Source of the DNA: a bacterium
Lineage (GTDB): Bacteria; SAR324; JACQKK01
Reading direction: 5' to 3'
Length of the DNA: 64,000 nucleotides
Assembly (NCBI GenBank): GCA_965240465.1
Contig: OZ251219.1
Span: 352,001 to 416,000 of the forward strand
The notes beneath the pieces are model-generated. The model worked only from the letters and a program-made list of their open reading frames with translations, made no database searches and was not told the origin of the DNA. This document shows, one piece after another, positions 40,096 through 48,789 of this stretch. A program made the position numbers and the translations under genes. The stretch's first letter is position 1. The number at the start of each line of letters is the position of its first letter.

Positions 40096-40240
40096 GTGGT
40101 TATCCTTTGCCTGTTATTCTTTGCCTGTTATTCTTTATTTGCCAATGATAGCACAGGGCATTTTCATAAATTACAGATGTAAACCATCCATATAATTTTG
40201 ATAGATTAAATCTTTTATTGCAATGATTGGTTGCAAGCCA

Positions 40241-40279
40241 CAAAAGAAAAACCCCGCCCGGATGAAACCGAACAGGGTT
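40241..40279 (-). terminator. Rho-independent terminator downstream of cfpA-1
   Basis: Minus strand: AACCCTGTTCGG-TTTCAT-CCGGGCGGGGTT (12-bp stem with G-U pairs) followed by a U-rich tract. Confidence 0.75.
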
Positions 40280-40316
40280 AACAAAAATAGCTATCAGAAG
40301 TTGGACTCCTCTAGAA

Positions 40317-42254
40317 TTATTCCTCTTCAGATACTCCTCCAGCAACAGCACTGGCAAATTCACCCGAGAAGTCATCACGAACAGTAGAACGACGCCTAGA
40401 GAAGGTAGCAAAAGCCTGATCTTGGAAGCCTGATGAAATAGAATACAAGAATTCATTTAACACATTGGCCATGTTCATCATGGTTGCCCCCTTGCGTTTG
40501 ATGGTTACGATATTGACATCTAAGACCAACCCAGCATTGATATGGAAAGGATTCACCTGAGCAGTAAAGCGGCGATATTCTTTGAAGAGGAATTCCAAGC
40601 GATTACTTAACAGTACTCCGACGGTATTATCGGGTCGGTTATCAAAGACGCGTGCGAGGATTGTTTCCATTGGAGCAAAGCGATTTTGTATCTCTCTAGT
40701 ACGATTTTGTAGGGTAGGATTAATGGCAGCAAATTCAGTTTCATCAGCTTCAACAAAGACCAGTTCGTTCCATTTTCTGCCTTTATCATCAGTATTATCG
40801 TCAGATTTTGCTTGGACATTTTCCAGTTCTCCTTCTTCTTCTTCTAAATCAAGTTCTTCTTCTTCTTCTCCTCCTAGTAGGTATTTCAACCAGCCGGGTC
40901 TTTTATCTTGCAATCGTCCTCCGAGCAAACGACTGGAAAAACCTTCCCAGTTTTCTTCATTTATATCTTTTAAGTACTCGTTGTAGACTTCATCTATGAC
41001 ATTCCACAGTTCAGTAATGGTGCGTTCAAATTCATCTAGTTGTTGAAGATAGGCTTCTTGCAAGGCTCGCAATTGAGCGGTGGTGTAATGAGTTAAGCGT
41101 AATTCATAGCGTTCATCTGGCAGGGATTCCTCAAAGGTGTTCTCATATTCACGAATAATGAGATGACGGGAGGATTTATAGTTCTCAATATGCTGGTAGC
41201 CCATACGGCTCCAATCCAACACATGAGTGATAGAGTTGACAGCTGTGTTCCAGCCTCGGTTACGTAAATCTTCGCTATTAAGGATTTTTTCAACATTAGC
41301 CCGGATATCTAGGGGATCTGCCATATAATCTGCACTCATTCCCTCTACCAGCTGGTAAAAGTGCTTAGGTAACATGTTGTAGCGAGGAGAATTGTCTTCT
41401 TTTTCATCGGACACATATTTTTCCATCATACTGATGCGTTCAAAGATCATTTCTTCTGGATTCATTTCTGGTTTACCCTCATCCACCAGTTCATAGTTGG
41501 CACGTTCTACTTCTCTGTCGATCACCTCCCTAATACGCTTGGCGGTCAATTCTTTGAGCAAGAATCCCGCTGTTGCCTGATAAGGATAGACACGACTAAT
41601 AAGTTCTGCATCCAAGATATTGAGTGCCAGTTTCAATTCATAGACGGTAGTGGGTCTGGCGACCGAGTCTCGGAAGGAGCATTTAGCGATGGCATAAGCA
41701 TTTTCGCCGCGTACAAAGGCACCCACATCGGTTTTGCGTCTGAGCAAAGAGTTAGTATGGGTTTCTATGTCATTAATTTCTCTTTGTAGGTGTCCTTGCA
41801 AGTGTCCATAAACATTGGCGATGGATTTTTCAACTTCTCCGGTATTGAATTTTTCTGCACCGGCAATGCGATCCAGCAGGAAAGATATTGGTCGTGGGCT
41901 ATAGCGATTAAGGTTGCGATGTTCTTCGCGATCGACCAGATCTCGGACTTTTTTTCCTAGTTCATCTTCCACAGTGGTGAGATAGCGGTTCACCATATTT
42001 TGCAACGCCTGATTGTAATAGCTGTGCAATTTGGATTTAACTGTAGCTGAGACGTTCAAGCGTCCCAGTATTTCTGGTGGCAATTTGGCGTGGATATGGT
42101 TGAGGATTTTGTCTACTTCTTCGTCCATGAAGAGGCGTCCTTCGGCGTATTCATCACGTCCATCACGCATGATACTATTTCTAGAACCTACCGCGCTGGG
42201 GATTTCGGGGTGCATCACATTAGGTCCGTGGACAAGTGCTATCTGTTTATCCAT
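40317..42254 (-). CDS. cfpA: Cytoplasmic filament protein CfpA homolog (paralog 1)
   Basis: Closely matches remembered treponemal CfpA motifs: PNV.HPE.PSAVGSRNS, KFNTGEVEKS, GHLQGH, ETHTNSLLR.K.DVGAFVRGENAY, NILD.EL, RNRG.NTAVN, LPDERY, FSRRRST. RBS aagga. Confidence 0.88.
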   Translation of the reverse strand: MDKQIALVHGPNVMHPEIPSAVGSRNSIMRDGRDEYAEGRLFMDEEVDKILNHIHAKLPPEILGRLNVSATVKSKLHSYYNQALQNMVNRYLTTVEDELGKKVRDLVDREEHRNLNRYSPRPISFLLDRIAGAEKFNTGEVEKSIANVYGHLQGHLQREINDIETHTNSLLRRKTDVGAFVRGENAYAIAKCSFRDSVARPTTVYELKLALNILDAELISRVYPYQATAGFLLKELTAKRIREVIDREVERANYELVDEGKPEMNPEEMIFERISMMEKYVSDEKEDNSPRYNMLPKHFYQLVEGMSADYMADPLDIRANVEKILNSEDLRNRGWNTAVNSITHVLDWSRMGYQHIENYKSSRHLIIREYENTFEESLPDERYELRLTHYTTAQLRALQEAYLQQLDEFERTITELWNVIDEVYNEYLKDINEENWEGFSSRLLGGRLQDKRPGWLKYLLGGEEEEELDLEEEEGELENVQAKSDDNTDDKGRKWNELVFVEADETEFAAINPTLQNRTREIQNRFAPMETILARVFDNRPDNTVGVLLSNRLEFLFKEYRRFTAQVNPFHINAGLVLDVNIVTIKRKGATMMNMANVLNEFLYSISSGFQDQAFATFSRRRSTVRDDFSGEFASAVAGGVSEEE

Positions 42255-42389
42255 TATAATTCCTTAATAAATCACTACAATAAGAGGTCGTCCATGTTTT
42301 CACATTTAACAAAATAAGCCAAACAATTATTTATCAGCGTACACCTAGACCACCATTTTCACTCATATACAAATATTTTTCAAGTATTT

Positions 42390-44993
42390 TTAAGATTTTT
42401 TATTATAGCCATTTCTTTTGACTACATATTGGGCTATCGCCAATCGTGCTACTGGTATTCCCTGTGGCCTAGTAGCAACGAAATGCACCTTACTTTGGAA
42501 TGCAAACTCCATATTTTTAGTATCCTGGATGTTATCACTAGAGATACCAATTTGTAGATCAGGACGAGTTAATCTGCCCAAGTGAACCACAATGGATATT
42601 AATTCTTTTACTGGAGTAGAAAAAATTTCAAATGGATTGCCTTGCCAGATGTCATACTGAGTAAAAGCAGGCAAGAAAACATTCAAATCTTCGATAGTTA
42701 TTCCCGAGGCATTTTGAGTAAGTTTCATGGCATCTATCAGGAAGAAATCGGATTGCTTGGCTAAGTGGCCAGCCATCATGGCAGCTGCGGGTAGTTCAAT
42801 CACGGATCCGATGCGAAAATTGAAGGGCAATTCATTTAGTTTCCATTCTTTAAGCAGATCATCGATTACATTACGCATACCATCGATCACCGTACTTTCT
42901 ATGCTACGCCCGTATCGCAAGAAACGAAGTTCCGCATCTCCGACCACTCCTGGCACACACACACCTAGACAAACTTTTTTGTTTTTACTAATTTCATAGG
43001 CTGCCTTCAGCAAGGGGATTAATTGAAGCGTGTATAAATGCGGGTAATTTATTCCCATTCGACTACCACGCATACCCATCAAGGGATTAATGCTCTGCAT
43101 TTGATTTATTAAACTTAAAAGGCACTCCTCGCTGAGGTCGTCATATTTGCGAGCCACTTTTTCTACAAGTTTTTGGAGTTTTTCCTTATCAGAAGGGAAG
43201 AACGTGGTAGGCGGACCCTCCAACAGTCGTATCACCAACTGATTACCATCCAGCTTATTCAGCAATTCCTCAAACAGGGGCTGGATGGTTTCAGAAAATT
43301 GATCAGCAACCTGGTCAAAATGTTTGGGAGTATTCACCAGCAGTAGTAGCTCCTGAAATGGCTCCAGAGCAATAGAATCCTTGATAACCAAATCCATTGG
43401 ACACATGCCAATCCCCTGAGAGCCCAAACGCATGGCTGTGTCAATATCTGACAATTTAGACATCAAAGATGTAACGCGAAGATCACATGTTAGGTCAGAA
43501 ATATTTTTCACGTATTCTTCCAGCCCATTTTTGGATGTATCAGGGAAGATGAGATTAGCTTCCCCGATCCATATGGTGGGACTGGTATAAGTGGGTGCTT
43601 CCACCGAAATCGTATCCATTTCATTGATGCGATGTCCTCCTAGGGTAACATAGCCATCACCGAATTCAGCATCTGGGAATAGTACACAAGTTTTTTGCAA
43701 GCTGCGAGAAACCACTGGTGCATGAGAAGAATATCCACCTTCCGAGGCAATCACTCCGCGGCCCAGTTCAATGGATTCCACATCTTCTACATCAGTATGA
43801 GGCACCGCTAGGATCAGGGAAGGGGTTTGCCCTGCGAGTAGCATGTTGCGATGTTCGGCTAGTAATTTCTTAGTACTAAAACAGATTTTTCCCACCACCG
43901 CTCCCGGAGAACCGGTTAATCCACCAACGATTTTCTCAAGATTTTCAGCACTGGCATAATCAATAATCGGATGCAGTAGATCCTGAATTTGCTTGGGAGG
44001 TACAGACATAGCTAATTTTTCTTTGCTTATCAATCCTTTGGCGTATATATCCAACAGGGTACGGATTTCGGCTTGGGTAGATTTTTCTTCTACCGGCGAT
44101 TGATCCAACAACCACACCTTCTTTTCCTCAATGATAAATTTAATCTTGCGGATATCTAGATATTTTTCTTCCAGTTGTGTAGTTAACGCCTTTAGCTGCT
44201 CAAAATAATGGTTGTCTATTTTAGACAGCGGCATACCTTTATCCACGTCGATATCAAATTCGTTGTGCCCAAAGATTCCGTGTATTTGGTCTTTTCCAGT
44301 GACAATATCGCGAGAATAAATATATCCATTATAAGAATGCTCGCCGCTATTGCCATAGACCATGGCTTGTACTATCAACCCGGCTTCAATATCCTCATTC
44401 ACCCCACCTTCAGTATATTTAGACGCCATAGAGGTCAGTACTAGTTGCAGTTGCTGATAGCCGTCCTGAGGGAAATCGGGGACTAATTGTTTCCGACAAA
44501 GCTGGCAGATTTCTTGGATTGACCCTTGGGAAGATTTTTTAATTTCATCAAAATCCTCGCTATTTTTGTTCATAAAGCGGCTACCGATGGAACGCATTAG
44601 GTAGAAATACTCACCGTAGGCAAATTCACTGCCACAGCAATCAGAAAAACCCTTCACCACTTCATCGCTTAACCCCAGTGCATGGATGGAAGGCATAGTA
44701 ACAATTTGAATGGAAGGAGAAAGTACTACCTTGAACAGCATGGGATTGGCTGAAGAATTAAATTTTTTGTCAATACTACCCTCTATTTTTTCAACCGCTT
44801 CCTTGATGGCATCGATAGAGAAATCTTCTGCAAAATTTTTACCCCAAATCACCTCAGACGGAATTATAAATCCCGGTGAAATGGGAGCTTTGAGTGCTGC
44901 AAGCTCCATGAGATTTTTTCCACGAATACCGATCTGGTCACGAAGGTCAGTGCCTTCTTGGTATTCATTTTCGCTAAAGTGTAATATGTTCAT
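42390..44993 (-). CDS. Pyruvate-phosphate-dikinase-like protein, catalytically degenerate, with phospho-His motif retained
   Basis: Collinear with PPDK (NL.EL....PGF.I, VQAMVYGN, SPG...G, GGYSSHAPVVSR, NP.MG.RG.R, IELP) but the GTND and CGEH motifs are lost. Confidence 0.85.
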   Translation of the reverse strand: MNILHFSENEYQEGTDLRDQIGIRGKNLMELAALKAPISPGFIIPSEVIWGKNFAEDFSIDAIKEAVEKIEGSIDKKFNSSANPMLFKVVLSPSIQIVTMPSIHALGLSDEVVKGFSDCCGSEFAYGEYFYLMRSIGSRFMNKNSEDFDEIKKSSQGSIQEICQLCRKQLVPDFPQDGYQQLQLVLTSMASKYTEGGVNEDIEAGLIVQAMVYGNSGEHSYNGYIYSRDIVTGKDQIHGIFGHNEFDIDVDKGMPLSKIDNHYFEQLKALTTQLEEKYLDIRKIKFIIEEKKVWLLDQSPVEEKSTQAEIRTLLDIYAKGLISKEKLAMSVPPKQIQDLLHPIIDYASAENLEKIVGGLTGSPGAVVGKICFSTKKLLAEHRNMLLAGQTPSLILAVPHTDVEDVESIELGRGVIASEGGYSSHAPVVSRSLQKTCVLFPDAEFGDGYVTLGGHRINEMDTISVEAPTYTSPTIWIGEANLIFPDTSKNGLEEYVKNISDLTCDLRVTSLMSKLSDIDTAMRLGSQGIGMCPMDLVIKDSIALEPFQELLLLVNTPKHFDQVADQFSETIQPLFEELLNKLDGNQLVIRLLEGPPTTFFPSDKEKLQKLVEKVARKYDDLSEECLLSLINQMQSINPLMGMRGSRMGINYPHLYTLQLIPLLKAAYEISKNKKVCLGVCVPGVVGDAELRFLRYGRSIESTVIDGMRNVIDDLLKEWKLNELPFNFRIGSVIELPAAAMMAGHLAKQSDFFLIDAMKLTQNASGITIEDLNVFLPAFTQYDIWQGNPFEIFSTPVKELISIVVHLGRLTRPDLQIGISSDNIQDTKNMEFAFQSKVHFVATRPQGIPVARLAIAQYVVKRNGYNKKS

Positions 44994-45102
44994 GGATCAT
45001 ACTTTAATAAATAATATTCATGTTGTTCAGGAATTTAAGATGGATTAGACGGTAAAAACGTTCAAAAAACCAGGATTATACTTTATGGGATAACCATTCT
45101 TC

Positions 45103-45432
45103 CTAAAATAGAGGCAGAATCTTGTTCACATCTCTCTTGATGAAATTCTCATAACGCTGACTAGCCCCTTCAAATAGATAGCGTTTTAACTCAGCCACCC
45201 CTTTTATATCCTCACCGGACACGCTAATAAGGATTACATCTCCGTGTTTAACTTTTCCCCACTTAAAAAGAGCGTTGATGTTATTAATTTTTTGTCCATC
45301 ATGGAAAACATGTACATCTAGCCCAGCATATTCTTTTCTATAACTTTCAATGATATTTTTCCAAGCTTCCACATTTCCGTTGTGGAACAGTTCGTTGGTG
45401 ACTTGCACACTATATTTTGGTGTTACACGCAT
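45103..45432 (-). CDS. Small conserved protein of cfpA loci, HPr-like fold (inferred)
   Basis: 109 aa: V.VTNELFH ... GQKI...ALFK....KHGDVI.ISVSGED, which aligns by eye with HPr. Confidence 0.6.
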   Translation of the reverse strand: MRVTPKYSVQVTNELFHNGNVEAWKNIIESYRKEYAGLDVHVFHDGQKINNINALFKWGKVKHGDVILISVSGEDIKGVAELKRYLFEGASQRYENFIKRDVNKILPLF

Positions 45433-45580
45433 ATTTTGTTATATCCATGGTGGGAAAACCGGGTTTCTGGTGTTGCCGAAATTTTTCCTTAGGTTGGATA
45501 ATAAAATTTGCAACACGTACCAAAAACCACTACCAGCCAAGCAAAACCGCCATAAAATCAGTTGATGAACAAGGAAAGAA

Positions 45581-46174
45581 TTATAGGGTGGCCTCGCTTG
45601 CCTTTAAGCTACCATTAAATATTTGTGCTAGGACCCGAGCTGCTTTTTTTCCTTGCTTATTGTCTTTTTTTCTAGATTTAACATAAATCACCATTAATTC
45701 TTCATCATAAACATCCTGGACTCTTTCCCAGTGGTCATTGTTTTTAGGATTAATCAAGGTAACACCCTGTTGCGGATGATGATATGCCAATATAATATCT
45801 AAATCTTTCCAATCCAAGGTAGTTTTAGAAATGCCTTTGAAATCAGAGAATCTAATCGGCAGGTTTAGGGAAAGGTTTGCGTAGTTGGAGCGTTCGATCA
45901 ACACTGAATTGAGGATAGGACCGATTTGGGCTTTGTTTATTTGTCGTTCGTCCTCCAGTTTCATAACGATGTCAGCTAAGTTTTTCCCTTCTTTCATGCT
46001 TTTAATAATACCAGTCACCACTCGGAGGTGTTCCACTGATTTATTGAAGCCTGTAAGCGTACTTAGAGACAAGTAATCGTTAATCATAAGGTTGTCAATT
46101 TCCCTAAAAAGCAATAAACCTGCCTGAAAAAGGTTTTAGGTCCCTTTTTCGATCAGGTTATTGAAGAAGTTCAT
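45581..46174 (-). pseudogene. Hypothetical cfpA-associated protein, apparently interrupted by an in-frame TAA at 46136-46138
   Basis: ATG at 46174 reads MNFFNNLIEKGT*NLFQAGLL in frame with the 177-aa ORF 45581-46114. Confidence 0.55.
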
Positions 46175-46253
46175 AAGTGCCTATTTCTTCTATTTTTTTT
46201 GAGTTGATGTTTTAGAATTTTTTTATCGGCAAAAGATTAACCTTTATCGGGCA

Positions 46254-48077
46254 TTAACCTTTAGCATCCGCGCTTTGTTCAAATACCTGAGAGAGTATTC
46301 TTTCTCCTATGACATTGGAGTGTCTATTTACACGGGCGACATGAGGATCAGTAAAGCCTTTGGAAATGAGGGTAAAGAATTGATTTAGGACATCACTCAT
46401 AGCATCTATGGTAACTCGGCGTCGTTTTACGCTGGTGATGCGGATTTCCAACAAGACACCCGGCTGTACTTGATAAGGATTAGCCTGTTCATTAAAGGAG
46501 ACGACACTATCCTCTAAGAAGTTGATACGATTTTCGGTAATTTCACGCTGTTCTGGGTGCCTGATACTGAAAGCATCTATCAATTGAGAGCGCAGGTATC
46601 GGAAGCGGATTTTGAAATCTTGGGTAAAATCTTCGTAGGTGCGGTGTATTTCTTCCATTTTACTGAGTTTACGTCGTACGAAAGTAATTTCATCCCATTG
46701 TTTTACTTGTTTTACAGGTTCTATAACACTTTCAAAGCGTCCGAGTGTACCTTTGACTACATCATTCCAGCCGTTCACATTTTGGGCACGCCTTTCTTCT
46801 TCACAGATGTCCAGTACGACGTTCTGCAAGTTGGAGATTTCTCTTTGCAATTCCAGCAATTGAGCGGTATAGGCGGATTTCAGTTCTCTAATTTGAAGGG
46901 CTCCGAGATAACGCATATCTATTTCGAAATGTTCATCTGGTAATAGGCGGGGGTTATTTTCTTCGTATTCACGAATAATCACATGTCGTGCCAGCTTATG
47001 ATTTTCTATTTGCTGGTAGCCCATTTGGCTATTATCCAGAATGGAAGTGATTGTGTTAACTGCGGTATTCCAGCCTCGGTTGCGCAGGGATTCTTTATCA
47101 AACAATTGATATAGACCTGCCGAGAAGGCTAGCGGATCATAATCAATGTCATTTCGGTTAATTTCGTGTTGTAGCATACTGATGCGTTCCATTAATTGTT
47201 CAGAGAACATTTTCTTACTTTTCTTGGAGCCGTGTCCTTCCACGAAGTTTTCCACATGTTTAATTTTTTCCATGACGGTTTCTTCAGGAGATAAGGACTC
47301 GTTTCCTTCTTTTTCAAGTTGTTCATTGATGGCATCGATTTCTTTATCTACTAGTTTTTGGATGTGCTGAGCAACAATGGTTTTCACCATAATTTGTGAC
47401 ACTATTTGGTAGCCATGGACGGAGCTAATGAGTTCAGAATCAAGGATATTGATGGAGAGTTTAATATCCACCACCTCTTCTGGTTTTCTATAGTTGTCTC
47501 TGATAGAGCCCTGTACTAGTCCGTAGCTATTGTTGCCGCTGATGAACTTGGCGATATCGGCTTGGCGAGTAAGGATACCGACTGTAGAAACCTCGCATTC
47601 ATTGATAGAGCGATGTATATGGCCTTGCAAGTGTCCCATGATGTTGACCATGGATTTTTCCACTTCGGCAGTGTTGAACAGGTTGGGATCACCTATTTGA
47701 TTAACCAACTCAACGATCTCGCGTGAGGTATATCGTAGGAGACCGCGATGTTCTTCTTTGTCAATCAGGTCGCGGACCTTCTTGCTCATTTCATCTTCGC
47801 TGGTGGTCAGGTAGCGGTTGACCATGTTTTGCATGGCTTGGTTGAAATAATCATGCAAATAAGACTTTATATTTCCCTGTACGGTCAGATCGTCTAGTAC
47901 TTCAGGGGGTAGACGGCTCTGGATATGGTTGAGTATTTTTTCTACTTCTTCATCAATAACCAATCTGGATTCGGTATATTCATCTCGTCGGTCGCGGTTT
48001 AGACTGTTGCGGGAGCCAACTGCACTGGGGACCTCTGGGTGCACATAATTAGGACCTTTTCTAAAATCACTAGACAT
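46254..48077 (-). CDS. cfpA: Cytoplasmic filament protein CfpA homolog (paralog 2)
   Basis: PNYVHPEVPSAVGSRNSL, FNTAEVEKSMVN.MGHLQGHI, KLSINILDSEL, LRNRGWNTAVN, LPDE; collinear with paralog 1. Confidence 0.86.
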   Translation of the reverse strand: MSSDFRKGPNYVHPEVPSAVGSRNSLNRDRRDEYTESRLVIDEEVEKILNHIQSRLPPEVLDDLTVQGNIKSYLHDYFNQAMQNMVNRYLTTSEDEMSKKVRDLIDKEEHRGLLRYTSREIVELVNQIGDPNLFNTAEVEKSMVNIMGHLQGHIHRSINECEVSTVGILTRQADIAKFISGNNSYGLVQGSIRDNYRKPEEVVDIKLSINILDSELISSVHGYQIVSQIMVKTIVAQHIQKLVDKEIDAINEQLEKEGNESLSPEETVMEKIKHVENFVEGHGSKKSKKMFSEQLMERISMLQHEINRNDIDYDPLAFSAGLYQLFDKESLRNRGWNTAVNTITSILDNSQMGYQQIENHKLARHVIIREYEENNPRLLPDEHFEIDMRYLGALQIRELKSAYTAQLLELQREISNLQNVVLDICEEERRAQNVNGWNDVVKGTLGRFESVIEPVKQVKQWDEITFVRRKLSKMEEIHRTYEDFTQDFKIRFRYLRSQLIDAFSIRHPEQREITENRINFLEDSVVSFNEQANPYQVQPGVLLEIRITSVKRRRVTIDAMSDVLNQFFTLISKGFTDPHVARVNRHSNVIGERILSQVFEQSADAKG

Positions 48078-48440
48078 AATTTGCTACCTTTTTAATAGTG
48101 ATAAATTTTAATAAACTGTTGGAAATAGGGGCTCTACAGCATTGATGGTAATACACGATAGGTTACAAGTGATAAACGCTAGAGCTAGTATATTTCTAAT
48201 GGTGCTGTTTATCACTATCATTTAACATTGGAGAAATTCTCTAAATCAAACCTACCATAGAGCATTATACATAATCTGTGCTTATCTTTACTATAATTAA
48301 AGTAAAAAACAAATTCTTCAATCTCGTTTTACCATTTCTAGCAGGGTTTGGCTATACTTTATTAGGTTTTTGTGTTCGCTAAATCGGTTCTGATATTACT
48401 CTAAATACTTTCCTCACCGCACCCACCTATTCACCCTTCG

Positions 48441-48529
48441 CCGCACCTTCTCCACCGCACCTTCTCCACCGCACCTTCTCCACCGCACCTTCTCCACCGC
48501 ACCTTCTCCACCGCACCTTCGCACCTTCT
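48441..48529. repeat. 14-bp tandem repeat (ccgcaccttctcca, about 5.7 copies) in the cfpA-2/ugd divergent intergenic region
   Basis: Read directly from sequence. Confidence 0.92.
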
Positions 48530-48789
48530 ACGCTGGCTCTCTACATTGTACCGTTTATGTAGAGCAATACAAGCATTTTATTAGAATTCTTATCTTTAAT
48601 TTCGGTAAATAATTTATTAAAACCCTGTCGTTGTCTATGAGGCAATCACCCACCTCCACTGATGAGGAACATTGTATCTTATCTTAATTATTAATAAACC
48701 TTAGACTTTCCTGTCTCTTGCTATACCCTCACAAAGAAATCTTGCAACAAAGATATTGAATAAATCATCCGTAAAACTTTCCTACAACC

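Noticed and set aside
40100-40456. 118-aa minus-strand ORF downstream of cfpA-1
   Set aside because: Overlaps the cfpA-1 3' end in another frame and runs through the terminator.
42390-44993. Annotating the gene as a functional ppdK
   Set aside because: Key ATP-grasp residues, the GTND motif and the catalytic Cys are substituted, so the symbol was withheld.
46136-46138. Stop-codon reassignment or read-through as the explanation for the in-frame TAA
   Set aside because: TAA terminates many conserved genes in this window at their expected ends (for example lysA, leuS, gap, tsf).
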